DNA of 64,000 bases from a virus: IMG/VR virus record IMGVR_UViG_3300049740_000832. The stretch is one strand, 5' to 3'. Below, one piece after another: positions 27,987 through 37,765 of this stretch (its first letter is position 1; every line of letters begins with the position of its first letter). Made by a program: the position numbers and the translations under genes. The notes beneath the pieces are model-generated. The model saw only the letters and a program-made list of their open reading frames with translations. It was not told where the DNA came from and searched no databases.

Positions 27987-28184
27987 TTAGAACCCGTTAT
28001 TATTTTCTTTCATTTTTTCTTCTTGTTCTTTTAACCACTCTTCCAGTAATACTAGATAAATCTCCCTCTCCCACGGCATCATATGTTCAATATCATGTAA
28101 TGAATAATTAAAATGTTGCATCAGCGCGAAGTTGGTCTTGAAATGATTGACCAAATTATCATGCGAGAGGCATACTAAAAAAAA
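27987..28184 (-). CDS. gp51: gp51-like tail/hub assembly chaperone segment, likely reached by -1 frameshift
   Basis: Manual translation FFLVCLSHDNLVNHFKTNFALMQHFNYSLHDIEHMMPWEREIYLVLL...; absent from ORF track. Confidence 0.8.
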   Translation of the reverse strand, partial: FFLVCLSHDNLVNHFKTNFALMQHFNYSLHDIEHMMPWEREIYLVLLEEWLKEQEEKMKENNNGF

Positions 28185-28882
28185 TCTTGAAGACCCTCCA
28201 GTGTTACTTTATTCTGATGACCACACTCACAGGTGAACTCAACCTCTTTTCTCATGACGGGAACAGTCTGAAGAAATTTGCCAATCTTTTCGAACTGAGT
28301 GTTGGTCATGGATTCAATAAAATCATTCAATTCTTTTTTACTTACTTCATTGGCCAAATGTTTTTCATCATCGGTCAGAATTGCTACAACACAATCTTCT
28401 AACATTTGAAATCCAAACTCTGCCTCACTGATACCCTCTTTGAAGTTTTTTACAAAACCATCATAGGTTGGATATCTCATCTCAACATAGATATCATCTG
28501 TCAACTGAATCACGGGGTCTACATCGGTCTTCTCAATCTTGACCGTAGTTAAATCAACCAAAACTTCGGTAGACTTATCACAGTCTATTGCATCACACTT
28601 CATTATCAGTGTAGATGTCTCACCAACAGACTTACTACGAATTTGAGTGAACATATACTCAACATCAAATGTTGTTAGTTCTGTTGATTTAATATCATCA
28701 TTCACACATGCGATAACAGTATCCATCATCGCTCTCATTGCCTGTTTTTGGTCTTGCGACTCAAAAGCAGAGAGAAGAACTTTCTCCTCTTTGACCAAGT
28801 ATGGTCTAAATGTGACAATCTTATCAGTTGATGGAATCACCATCTCGTATTTTAGATTGTCGTTTAGTTTAGGTAACGCCAT
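28175..28882 (-). CDS. gp26: baseplate hub assembly protein gp26-like
   Basis: LPK...Y...PS......RP.LVKEEK.LL, FD.EY.F..IR.KSVGE, M.YP, C.CG..N...LEGL.DFF. Confidence 0.85.
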   Translation of the reverse strand: MALPKLNDNLKYEMVIPSTDKIVTFRPYLVKEEKVLLSAFESQDQKQAMRAMMDTVIACVNDDIKSTELTTFDVEYMFTQIRSKSVGETSTLIMKCDAIDCDKSTEVLVDLTTVKIEKTDVDPVIQLTDDIYVEMRYPTYDGFVKNFKEGISEAEFGFQMLEDCVVAILTDDEKHLANEVSKKELNDFIESMTNTQFEKIGKFLQTVPVMRKEVEFTCECGHQNKVTLEGLQDFF

Positions 28883-28896
28883 TATTTACTCCACAA

Positions 28897-29598
28897 TTAT
28901 AAGAATTTCCTAATCAATTCACCAGCAAGACCTTCGATAAATCCACCGCCGCCGGCATCTCCGCCTTCACTTCTCCAGTTCTTATAAGATAACTGAACGT
29001 CTAGTTGAAGGTTCTGGCCATCATCACTCAACTCAATTGCATTCAATGTAGTTGGGTATGCTTTATCTAGTATACAAGTATAAGCAATCTTATCACCTGT
29101 AAGTAGATTTAAGTCAATCTCGCCTTGCGCCAAATCAAGAGGCCCAATACGAGGTAAACGATTCGCGATAGAACTTGGTAGTTTACCTGAATCAAAAATC
29201 TTTTTCTTTTTCAATGGAAATGCGACACCCTTTTTTATCTGTTGAATCACGACAGGGTGTGTATAGTCATTGTAGTATCCTACTTCTAGTGTCTCTTGAT
29301 TTACTGCAAGATTTTGCCATGCCTCAAAGTATGTTCTGACTTTATAGTCATTCATGACATGAAAGGATAGAGATATATCATCCACTGCATATCCATATGC
29401 AACTTTGGTTGTCTGTAAACCAATCTGTTTCTCTGTAGAGAGGACTTGTCTGCCAGGCATTGATGCGGCTCTACACAACAAATTCATCTCTCTTGCTTCA
29501 CCAGAGATAGGCGGAAGGAAAATCTTATAAAGATTTCCCATTGCAAAACCACCAGCTTTACCTACCTGTGATTTGAAATCATCGATACGAGTTGTCAT
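28897..29598 (-). CDS. gp54: baseplate-tail tube initiator gp54-like
   Basis: GG.A..N.Y, C...MPG, YF..W, GYY.DY, AYP..L...L, tube-fold motifs; position next to gp2. Confidence 0.7.
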   Translation of the reverse strand: MTTRIDDFKSQVGKAGGFAMGNLYKIFLPPISGEAREMNLLCRAASMPGRQVLSTEKQIGLQTTKVAYGYAVDDISLSFHVMNDYKVRTYFEAWQNLAVNQETLEVGYYNDYTHPVVIQQIKKGVAFPLKKKKIFDSGKLPSSIANRLPRIGPLDLAQGEIDLNLLTGDKIAYTCILDKAYPTTLNAIELSDDGQNLQLDVQLSYKNWRSEGGDAGGGGFIEGLAGELIRKFL

Positions 29599-30191
29599 TA
29601 ACCTTTACCTATCATCTGTCTTGAATCGTAGAATACTTTTTGTGAGTTTGACTTACGGAAGTCTGCGGTTGGAAGAAAGGTTGCAATCTCCCATTCGGGT
29701 GCAGGGACTTCTGCAAATTTACTCGAAACGTGTTTATTCAAGTAGTGTTTGAAACATGGTTTATAATATCTCAGCTTTGAAATACTTTGTAATTTACTAT
29801 ATGTTATTGCGAACTTTGCATCATCAGATGTCTTACTAGTCGCGGTTTCCATTAATGAGTCTAACATCTTTGCACGAAGAATTGGTGGGAGATAATGAAG
29901 GTTCAATCCATAGAATCCACCTTCCGCAGGCCCGACTACGACAACCAATGGAAATACATCATAATATGGTAGTTTGTCTTTGGTCTTCGGGTCATAGAAG
30001 AACATCTGCATCGAACCGACCACGCCACGTTGCGCTCTTCGTTTGAGCGGTTCTTCTTTCATCAACTCATTACGGTTGATTGAACGAAGATTCGATGCTT
30101 TCTTCCGAAACCAATCACGACTTTCTTTGGTGCGTGGCGTCACCCCAGCGCGGAATGCCTGTAGTTCCAGTCTGTTGAAGATATTACTCAT
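29598..30191 (-). CDS. gp2: DNA end protector gp2
   Basis: FFYDPK.K..LPYYD.FPL, GF.GLNLHYLPP..R, PC.K.YL, W..A..LP. Confidence 0.92.
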   Translation of the reverse strand: MSNIFNRLELQAFRAGVTPRTKESRDWFRKKASNLRSINRNELMKEEPLKRRAQRGVVGSMQMFFYDPKTKDKLPYYDVFPLVVVVGPAEGGFYGLNLHYLPPILRAKMLDSLMETATSKTSDDAKFAITYSKLQSISKLRYYKPCFKHYLNKHVSSKFAEVPAPEWEIATFLPTADFRKSNSQKVFYDSRQMIGKG

Positions 30192-30196
30192 GTTTC

Positions 30197-30204
30197 TATT
30201 TATA
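30197..30204 (-). promoter_or_regulatory. T4-type late promoter
   Basis: TATAAATA on - strand immediately upstream of gp2. Confidence 0.7.
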
Positions 30205-30205
30205 C

Positions 30206-30682
30206 TTATTTTTTACGTTTTTGGAAAGGTTTTAATGGTTTTGTTGATTTGGGAATAAGACTCTTCAATGGTTCGTTCTTCTCCGTCCATATCTGGAAGT
30301 GCCAACCTCTATCTTTTGCGAACTCATTTGCTGCTTGCCATTTGTTCATGTTCTTGACATAAGTAAAACTTTCACTCAAAAACCTTTTTGTTCTCCTTGA
30401 ACCTGTAGGGGGTTGAGTCTGTGCATCTGGTTTTATCTCAATCAGATAGGTCTTTCCATTGTCCATCTTGAGTTTTAGGTCTACAAAGTAACGATGCCAC
30501 CTCTTATCGACTTCATATAAGTATTGTATTACAACTTCTTCGGATGACCATTCAACCACACTAGGATTATCATCACACCACTTGAATGCATGTTTCTCCC
30601 ATAGGGAACGGTAGACCACATTGGTGTGGTCACCTTTATATTTCGTTGGGTTTTTTACCCGATATCTACCAGAATATGCCAT
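30206..30682 (-). CDS. gp4: head completion nuclease gp4
   Basis: MAYSG...NP.KY.GD...V.YRS.WE, W.SEE, HRYF.D, EIKP..QT, N..KW.AA. Confidence 0.92.
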   Translation of the reverse strand: MAYSGRYRVKNPTKYKGDHTNVVYRSLWEKHAFKWCDDNPSVVEWSSEEVVIQYLYEVDKRWHRYFVDLKLKMDNGKTYLIEIKPDAQTQPPTGSRRTKRFLSESFTYVKNMNKWQAANEFAKDRGWHFQIWTEKNEPLKSLIPKSTKPLKPFQKRKK

Positions 30683-30694
30683 ATAAATAAAAAA

Positions 30695-31273
30695 ATGATT
30701 AGAGGAATATCTCAAACAGTTCTAGACAAGTATGGTGCGTATACAGATTCTCATAAGTTATATATGCCTTATATAGGAGAAGGTTTTACCCAAGAGAGAA
30801 ACTTATCAGATGATACTAAAGTATGGCGACACAAGGCAGACAGAATACTACAATTATATGGAAGTAGTATATTCGATAGGGGTGGTGAAGAACTGATAAT
30901 TGTTGAGGGTGAAATTGAAGTTCTCGTTGTTGCAGAAGCGTTTCTTAGAACAACCAATATGATTCCACCAATTGTAGGAACAACATGTCATAGTAATTTT
31001 CCTATTATGATGTTAGAAGAATCACTAGATTATATTAAATCATTTGATAAAATCATTACTGCGTTTGATAATGACTTTACTGGATATAGGCAGACAAATT
31101 GGATTTTGGAAACTGTGGGTGATAAATCATTTACCTTTGATATAAAAAACTGTAATGATAATTATGAATTAATAGAGGAAATCGGATATGACCGATACGT
31201 TCATGAATTTCGCAATCGAACAAAAAGAACTGGCCAAAAACAAAAGATATCAGGTTGGCGCATATCTCACTAA
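30695..31273 (+). CDS. stand-alone TOPRIM-domain protein (primase-like fragment)
   Basis: IIVEGEIE and AFDND.TG motifs; no Zn-finger or helicase domain seen. Confidence 0.65.
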   Translation: MIRGISQTVLDKYGAYTDSHKLYMPYIGEGFTQERNLSDDTKVWRHKADRILQLYGSSIFDRGGEELIIVEGEIEVLVVAEAFLRTTNMIPPIVGTTCHSNFPIMMLEESLDYIKSFDKIITAFDNDFTGYRQTNWILETVGDKSFTFDIKNCNDNYELIEEIGYDRYVHEFRNRTKRTGQKQKISGWRISH

Positions 31274-31550
31274 TGGTGTCTCTTCACACAATACACACCT
31301 AACTGAAAGAGAACATCCTGATACGACACAACACGCAGAAGCTAGAATAATATCCGAATCAGCCAGATTAGGTATTGCGACACAGGGACATAAGATTTAT
31401 ATAACCCTTTCTCCGTGTGTGTCTTGTGCGAAATTGATAATTCAGTCAGGAATAACTCATGTCTATTATCAAGAGTTAGATAAGAAACAAGAATTTGCGT
31501 TAGAATTGTTGGAGTCTGCGGGTATATATTACGAAAAATCTTATAAATAG
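31188..31550 (+). CDS. cytidine/dCMP deaminase-family protein
   Basis: VGA, HAE, TLSPCVSCAKLIIQSGI..V.Y. Confidence 0.85.
   Translation: MTDTFMNFAIEQKELAKNKRYQVGAYLTNGVSSHNTHLTEREHPDTTQHAEARIISESARLGIATQGHKIYITLSPCVSCAKLIIQSGITHVYYQELDKKQEFALELLESAGIYYEKSYK
31542..31549 (+). promoter_or_regulatory. T4-type late promoter (second copy at 30682-30689)
   Basis: TATAAATA upstream of gp48. Confidence 0.75.
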
Positions 31551-31585
31551 AAACAGTTATAACCTATTTATCGGAATCGTAGACA

Positions 31586-32539
31586 ATGACTCAAGGCGTA
31601 GATGAAGCAAGAAAAAGAGTAGATTTAGAGTATCCTCTAAACAATCCAGATGACTATAAGGGTAGACTTGTATTCACTGTTCTTGAAGAACCACAAACAG
31701 ACCTCGGAAACTTAGCAGATACCGTCACGGAACTAGGTGAAGGTGCTTTGTCATTCTTGAGTCTATCAAAGGAAGAACAACAGAAAGCAGCGGATGAGGC
31801 ATCTGGTAAACTGAAAAACTTTCCAATCACAGGGCCAGCACAACCACAATTAACAAATAGACAAGTATCAATTTATCTTCCTGTAGGACTTGCATTCCGT
31901 GATAATGTTGCGTATGATAACATGGACTTGGGCGGAATGGGTGCAGCTGCAGAGAGAGGTTTACAGAGCGGAACGGGTGCAATATCCGAAATGATTGATG
32001 CGGGTATGAAAACCTTATCTTCTGGTCTTACTGGTTCGGGTGGTTCGGATATGGCAAAACTAGGTGCAGTAAAACTTGCATCAAAGGGGCCAGACGAACT
32101 AGCTGGTGCATTTAAGTCTGCGGGTCGAGTTACCACAAATCCAAACACTCGTGTTCTATTCAAACAAGTGGGTCTGCGTGACTTTTCATTCACATTCAAA
32201 TTCATTCCTACATCTGCAAAAGAAGCAGAGGAATGTAAAGAAATCGTAAAGTTCTTCCGAACTGAACTCTATCCTGAAGATATTACTCTTGATGTTGGCG
32301 CATCAAAAATATCAGTTGGATATAAGTTCCCTAACAGATTTCAGATTGATGTTTTGTATGACGGTGACTTTGTTGCTAATAAAATCAAACCAGTCTATCT
32401 GCGTGATGTCACAACAAACTATAACACAACAGCGATGTCATTTCACGAGGATGGTAACTTTACCGATATTGAAATGACACTATCATTCCAAGAGTCAAGA
32501 ACATTGAGTAGAACTGATGTAGAAGAAGGTGGATTCTAA
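31586..32539 (+). CDS. gp48: baseplate tail tube cap gp48
   Basis: L.YP, IYLP, NP....LF.....R.FSF.FKF.P.S..E......I...FR, L.FQE. Confidence 0.85.
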   Translation: MTQGVDEARKRVDLEYPLNNPDDYKGRLVFTVLEEPQTDLGNLADTVTELGEGALSFLSLSKEEQQKAADEASGKLKNFPITGPAQPQLTNRQVSIYLPVGLAFRDNVAYDNMDLGGMGAAAERGLQSGTGAISEMIDAGMKTLSSGLTGSGGSDMAKLGAVKLASKGPDELAGAFKSAGRVTTNPNTRVLFKQVGLRDFSFTFKFIPTSAKEAEECKEIVKFFRTELYPEDITLDVGASKISVGYKFPNRFQIDVLYDGDFVANKIKPVYLRDVTTNYNTTAMSFHEDGNFTDIEMTLSFQESRTLSRTDVEEGGF

Positions 32540-33297
32540 TGACTACCAAATATTTCGAAAACTTTCAATACATAGGTTACAAATTCGGTAACGGCGAAGA
32601 CCCCGTTCTTTTCAAAAATCTATCTCAATATGTGGATATGATTGATGACCTAAAGAACAACACTTCTTTCTATAACAAGTATACAATTCAGGCAGGAGAA
32701 CGTCCTGATACACTCTCATACAAATTATATGGAACTACTGATTATTACTGGACATTCTATCTTATGAATGATGATATTCGTGTATCAGGTTGGCCAAAAC
32801 CTTCCTACGAGATGTTAGATATTGCCAAAGTAAAATATCCGTATCGTATAGTTACAACCAATAGTAATATATCAAATAATTTTCCTGTAGGTCAGACCGT
32901 GACAGGTAATACAAGTGGCACAGTCGGAACAATCATTCGTAAAATTCCTGAAATGGGACAGTTGATTATCGATACGGGTGTAGAACCAAATACTACAAAT
33001 TTCAACCAAACAGAACGTGTATCATATACTGATAATCAGGGACAGACTGAAGAAATATTTTTGGTGAGAGAATCCGAACAGTATAATGGAATTCATCACT
33101 ATGAAGACGCGAATGGTGTTCATCAAGACCTGACACTTTATGATTTCAATAATCCTAACCCTAGTTTGTTACCAGTTACATATAGAGAAAGACTTGACAG
33201 ACGTAATGATGTCCTGAAAGAAATAATTGTTATCAGGCCTGATGCTGTTGTTAAAGTTGTATCTGAATTCAATACGTTTATGAAGACTAGAATATAA
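32539..33297 (+). CDS. gp53: baseplate wedge subunit gp53
   Basis: YF..F..I.Y, Y.I..GERPD.LS..LYG...YYW, HHYED. Confidence 0.85.
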   Translation: MTTKYFENFQYIGYKFGNGEDPVLFKNLSQYVDMIDDLKNNTSFYNKYTIQAGERPDTLSYKLYGTTDYYWTFYLMNDDIRVSGWPKPSYEMLDIAKVKYPYRIVTTNSNISNNFPVGQTVTGNTSGTVGTIIRKIPEMGQLIIDTGVEPNTTNFNQTERVSYTDNQGQTEEIFLVRESEQYNGIHHYEDANGVHQDLTLYDFNNPNPSLLPVTYRERLDRRNDVLKEIIVIRPDAVVKVVSEFNTFMKTRI

Positions 33298-34632
33298 ATG
33301 GCACAAAATCAGTCTCAACAATACAAGATAACCGAAGCGTCTGTTAAAGCAGATAGACTTGGCAATATTTATGATGTGACATCGAGTATTGCAGAGTTTA
33401 ATATTTTTGAAAGTCTTGATAAACCTTATCTTACTGGTCAGGTTGCAATTCTCGATGATAAAGGTCTGTTTGATACAATAAACTTTCAGGGGACAGAAAG
33501 ATTTACTATTCGTATTGCTTCAATTGAGAATGACCTAGATTCAGTCTTTGAACGAACCTTCATCATGACTAGTCTTGAGAAAAGTGTAAAAAGTAATAAT
33601 AACGCTAAATCAAGTTTGAATGTCTTTACTTTGATTGAGGAACATGCATATCTCGCAAGAGCGAAAAAGATTAGTCGTTCATTTAACGGTAGGATTGATG
33701 ATATACTTGTTAAACTTATCGGCAAGGAAATGCGTAAAAATATTGATACTTCATATATGCAGGGGTCGATTCTTTCACAACAAAGTATCAAAGGTATCAT
33801 TCCTAATCTAACGATACTTGAAGCATTGAGATGGTTGACTTCAAGAGCAACCACGGATACAGGTTCACCGTTCTTTACATATGCATCGATGCATGATGAG
33901 AATATTCGTCTTGGTAATCTGGAGGTTATGTTACAACAGTCACCGTGGAACGACAAAATACCATATACATTCAATCCATCGAATGTGAGTCTTGCAGATA
34001 GTCAAAGTGAATTTGAAAAAACTTTTATTATCAAAAACGTAAAATCTGCAAAGATGTCCAACACACTCAAACTAGTTGAACAGGGTTTGGTGAGTTCTCA
34101 ATATTCAAATACAAATATAAATACAGCACAGATATTCAATCAACCTTATAGTATTCGTAAGACATTAGAGAGAATGGAAAATCGAAATGTGATTGGTAAG
34201 AACCAAAATGTATTTGATGAAGATTTCTTTTTATCGGAACAACAATCCGACTTATATGAATCCAGAAGGTTTCATACTATAACGTCTTCGGGAACATATG
34301 GCAATACACAAAGTTATAATGATGAATTTCAAGAATCTCGGTTTAGAAAAAAGATTGAGTCCATATCGTTAAAAGGACATCTGTATAAAAATATGTTGAA
34401 TGTTGTCATTGAGGGTGCAGGGTTTATTGTTGCGAAGGCAACCGTTGGTGATGTTGTTCGTATGAATGTCATAAATGATAATGCAGAGATACAAAAAAAT
34501 ATTGATGAGACAATTGCATTAGATAAAAGATTATCTGGTAAGTTCATCATTTATGACACTAGACACACTTTTCAAGGAACTCAACACACCGTGAGTATGA
34601 ACGTTTGTAAACTAGAAAGGGATAACGCATGA
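33298..34632 (+). CDS. baseplate hub protein (gp27-like)
   Basis: IFES...P..TG...I.D, IPN, F..Y, GD.V, SGK.II...H; position between gp53 and gp5. Confidence 0.65.
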   Translation: MAQNQSQQYKITEASVKADRLGNIYDVTSSIAEFNIFESLDKPYLTGQVAILDDKGLFDTINFQGTERFTIRIASIENDLDSVFERTFIMTSLEKSVKSNNNAKSSLNVFTLIEEHAYLARAKKISRSFNGRIDDILVKLIGKEMRKNIDTSYMQGSILSQQSIKGIIPNLTILEALRWLTSRATTDTGSPFFTYASMHDENIRLGNLEVMLQQSPWNDKIPYTFNPSNVSLADSQSEFEKTFIIKNVKSAKMSNTLKLVEQGLVSSQYSNTNINTAQIFNQPYSIRKTLERMENRNVIGKNQNVFDEDFFLSEQQSDLYESRRFHTITSSGTYGNTQSYNDEFQESRFRKKIESISLKGHLYKNMLNVVIEGAGFIVAKATVGDVVRMNVINDNAEIQKNIDETIALDKRLSGKFIIYDTRHTFQGTQHTVSMNVCKLERDNA

Positions 34633-35495
34633 CACCTACGCCAATCCCATCTGAATACTATGGTGATAATAGTCGTTGGTTTATTGCAACGGTTATTAGT
34701 AATCAACCGCCTGTTGGTTATGAAGGTCGTATCAAGATTCGTGTGCATGGTCTTCATAGTCACTCTCAGGTGGATATACCTGAAAGTGACCTACCGTGGG
34801 CCCAGTGTGTTCTGCCAACCACAGAGGGTGGAGTTTCTGGTTTAGGACGTATTCCTAGACTTCAACCCAGTGCGCTGGTATTTGGATTCTTTGTTGATGG
34901 TGTTAACTCGCAGACACCTATCATATTAGGTTCTTTACCACACATCGAAATGGCATCAGAGATACAACTAGGACAACCAGACGAAGATGTGGGAATACAA
35001 AACCCTAGAAGTTTTTTTGGTAAGGTTGTTGATTTTGTGAGACCAGATAAAGATATTCAAGATGATAACTTTGGTGACCCACAGAGGCATGTGGTAATCA
35101 ATAGAGAAAGATTCGCATTAAGTTTCTTCTTGAACGTTGGATATACATTAAATCAAGCGATAGGTATGACGGCAACATTACAAAAGATTTCTAATATGAG
35201 AACAAATCAGATTCCAAAAGGAGGGAATGGTATTAACTCATGGGAAGAAAAACGATGGGCTCAAATGAAAGCATTCTCAAATAACTATTTGAGATTCAGT
35301 GAACAGTTGAAATTTGTTATATACGAATTAAGAACTACAGAAAGTCAAGCAAACATTAGACTGTTGGATACTCAAAACATAGAAGGAATAAATGGTTCTG
35401 TAGAAATATTTGCTCGTTTTTATTCAAAAAAAGTTAATGCAAAATTTATCAAACAGATTGAACTTGCTGCTCGAAGATTGAAGGATAGGATTTAA
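34629..35495 (+). CDS. gp5 N-terminal OB-fold plus tail-lysozyme-like domain
   Basis: WF...V...GR.K.R..G.H......DLPWA....P...GG.SG, V.GFF.DG...Q.P..LG; C-part QA.G, W...R, EQL.F...EL. Confidence 0.8.
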   Translation: MTPTPIPSEYYGDNSRWFIATVISNQPPVGYEGRIKIRVHGLHSHSQVDIPESDLPWAQCVLPTTEGGVSGLGRIPRLQPSALVFGFFVDGVNSQTPIILGSLPHIEMASEIQLGQPDEDVGIQNPRSFFGKVVDFVRPDKDIQDDNFGDPQRHVVINRERFALSFFLNVGYTLNQAIGMTATLQKISNMRTNQIPKGGNGINSWEEKRWAQMKAFSNNYLRFSEQLKFVIYELRTTESQANIRLLDTQNIEGINGSVEIFARFYSKKVNAKFIKQIELAARRLKDRI

Positions 35496-35497
35496 TC

Positions 35498-37765
35498 ATG
35501 TCATTAGATAAGTCTGATATTAACACTGCGCTCAAGAACGAGGCAAAGACGAATAAATCTTCTAGTTCAAAGTATAAAGTGGTTACAACAAGGGGTGTTG
35601 ACGCAGAAGGATTTTCATATACTTTGACTCAAAGGGTAGAGGTTACGGAAGATACAAGTCCGTCAAGTCTTTCAGCGAAAGCAACTAAAGCACAAGAGGA
35701 TACTCTTGTCAAGAATGCAACCAAACTTGGTCGTAAAGATGGTGAAGTTTTGGGTGGTGTCAAGAGTCTAGGTAAAGATACAATTACAGCAAGTGAAACA
35801 ACACTCAACACTTCAGTAGGTAAACTGACTGATAGTGTTGGTAAACTGACGGGAACTAAAACACCCAAGTCTGCATTAGGTTCAATGACTGGTTTGCCTG
35901 CACAGACAGCGGGAGATACTGCATCATCGGCAATAGAGGTGGTTGGTGCAACTGGCCCCCAAAGTATTGCATCATCAGTCGAAGTTGCAAAGAGTAAGAA
36001 GAATGCGGCGGCACTTGATGTTCAATCATTTGCAAGCACTATAGCAGACTCAACTGAACAAGCAAATATGAATATTCCAAGTGTTGACTTTGGTTCACTC
36101 AAAGACACTGTAAAAGATGTTACTCCTGTGGGTAATATTTCAGGTAAACTGTCTGATATAAAAGATAATGTATCTAATTCGACAGGAATATCTGCTTTAA
36201 CTGCAAAGGCACCTCAATCTAAAAGTATTCTTAGTAATTTTAAGAGTGTTGGTAATGTTATAAAATCAGGACTCAGTAATGTCACCTCTGCGGTCAGTGA
36301 TTTTGGTAGTGCTGTGACAAGTTTTGTTGGTAAAACAAATAAAAAATTTGATAATGGACTTCAAAGTGGATTTCTTCAAAATTTTGGTGAGACAATCGGC
36401 GGTAATGCAAAAGCATCTGTTGCTAATGTTGTGCCAGGTGGTATATCTTTCAGCGGAAATGAATATAAACAGACATTCAAAGAACTAACCGCAGAAAGTC
36501 CAAAAGAAAAAACATCTGCGGTAAAGAGAGTTGTTTCTAAATCATCCAATGTAACTCCTCGTATGAAACAGATATCTGCTTCGACATCCGCTAGCACAAC
36601 TATTGAATTACAAAATAAAGTCGAAGAAGAAGCAAGAAAACAGGGTGTTCCTGAAAAAGAAATAAGTGATTATAACAATGAAGTTGCAACAGTCGAAACA
36701 GGTCTTGATAAGATAGACACGACAATCGCTGGCACATTTGTTGTTGATGCGGATATGTTTGGTGATGCGCCGACAATTAGTGATAATAACCAGAAATGGT
36801 CAGGACGGTCAAGTTCTGATGATGTTTTTACCTACATCTCTTCTGTAGAAGAACTAGACACAGAGATGTCAAATATTAATCGGGTGATTACGGAAGTAAT
36901 CGTTCACGCAACTGAAACCTTTACAAACAAAAACATTGGTTCTATCGAAATCAATAATATACACAAAGAACTGGGTCATGATGGTATTGGATTTCATTAT
37001 GTGATAAGACGAGATGGTAGATTACAACGTGGTCGCCCTGTGGACAGACAGGGTGAACATGCACCTACAAATGGTCATGACAAGAACTCAATCGGTATTG
37101 TGATGGTTGGTGGTATCGATTCACCCGTGAATTCGGAAGATGCTCGAAGAAGTGCCGGTTCTTTTACTCGAGCACAATATACCACACTCGAACAATTCTT
37201 AGGTGCTTTTTATCGACAGTTCCCAGGCGGTCAGGTATTTGGTCATAGTGATGTTGATGTAAATGAACTTGACCCTTACTTTGATGTAATTTCTTTTGTT
37301 GAAGCAATCTTCCGTAAGAAAAATATCGTGGGTGATACACTAAATAGTCAATCAATAGAACCTAATTTTGTTGTGAAGTCGATAGACCTAGAATCTATAG
37401 GTAGAACGATTGTGTTTAATGATGTGACATCTTTGTTAGAAAGTGGTGACGAGTCTATCAGTGGTTCTGCGGTTAGAACTACAGAAGTAATTGAACCTAA
37501 CGGAGACCCAGCACCACAGGATAAAGCGATACTACAAGACACTTCTAGACCCGCTCCACCAGCGAAGGGGTCAGACGGTCAAGATATTCCCCGCACAGAC
37601 CCAGATGGAACTCGACACTATTTTGAGTGGGACGAAGAAGATGGTGCGTGGTTAGAAGCTGAAGACTTGACTGATTACGAACCTGAACCTGATGAACCTT
37701 CAACTGAAGTAAGAACATTTGGCGACGTTTTAGCAAGCGATGATATAAGTTTGGATGATATCTAA
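35498..37765 (+). CDS. baseplate-associated protein with N-acetylmuramoyl-L-alanine amidase (Amidase_2, T7-lysozyme-like) domain
   Basis: VIVHAT, GIGFHYVIRRDG...GRP....G.H, SIGI..VGG, Q...L, V.GH.D; long Ser/Thr/Lys-rich N-part and acidic tail. Confidence 0.8.
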   Translation: MSLDKSDINTALKNEAKTNKSSSSKYKVVTTRGVDAEGFSYTLTQRVEVTEDTSPSSLSAKATKAQEDTLVKNATKLGRKDGEVLGGVKSLGKDTITASETTLNTSVGKLTDSVGKLTGTKTPKSALGSMTGLPAQTAGDTASSAIEVVGATGPQSIASSVEVAKSKKNAAALDVQSFASTIADSTEQANMNIPSVDFGSLKDTVKDVTPVGNISGKLSDIKDNVSNSTGISALTAKAPQSKSILSNFKSVGNVIKSGLSNVTSAVSDFGSAVTSFVGKTNKKFDNGLQSGFLQNFGETIGGNAKASVANVVPGGISFSGNEYKQTFKELTAESPKEKTSAVKRVVSKSSNVTPRMKQISASTSASTTIELQNKVEEEARKQGVPEKEISDYNNEVATVETGLDKIDTTIAGTFVVDADMFGDAPTISDNNQKWSGRSSSDDVFTYISSVEELDTEMSNINRVITEVIVHATETFTNKNIGSIEINNIHKELGHDGIGFHYVIRRDGRLQRGRPVDRQGEHAPTNGHDKNSIGIVMVGGIDSPVNSEDARRSAGSFTRAQYTTLEQFLGAFYRQFPGGQVFGHSDVDVNELDPYFDVISFVEAIFRKKNIVGDTLNSQSIEPNFVVKSIDLESIGRTIVFNDVTSLLESGDESISGSAVRTTEVIEPNGDPAPQDKAILQDTSRPAPPAKGSDGQDIPRTDPDGTRHYFEWDEEDGAWLEAEDLTDYEPEPDEPSTEVRTFGDVLASDDISLDDI

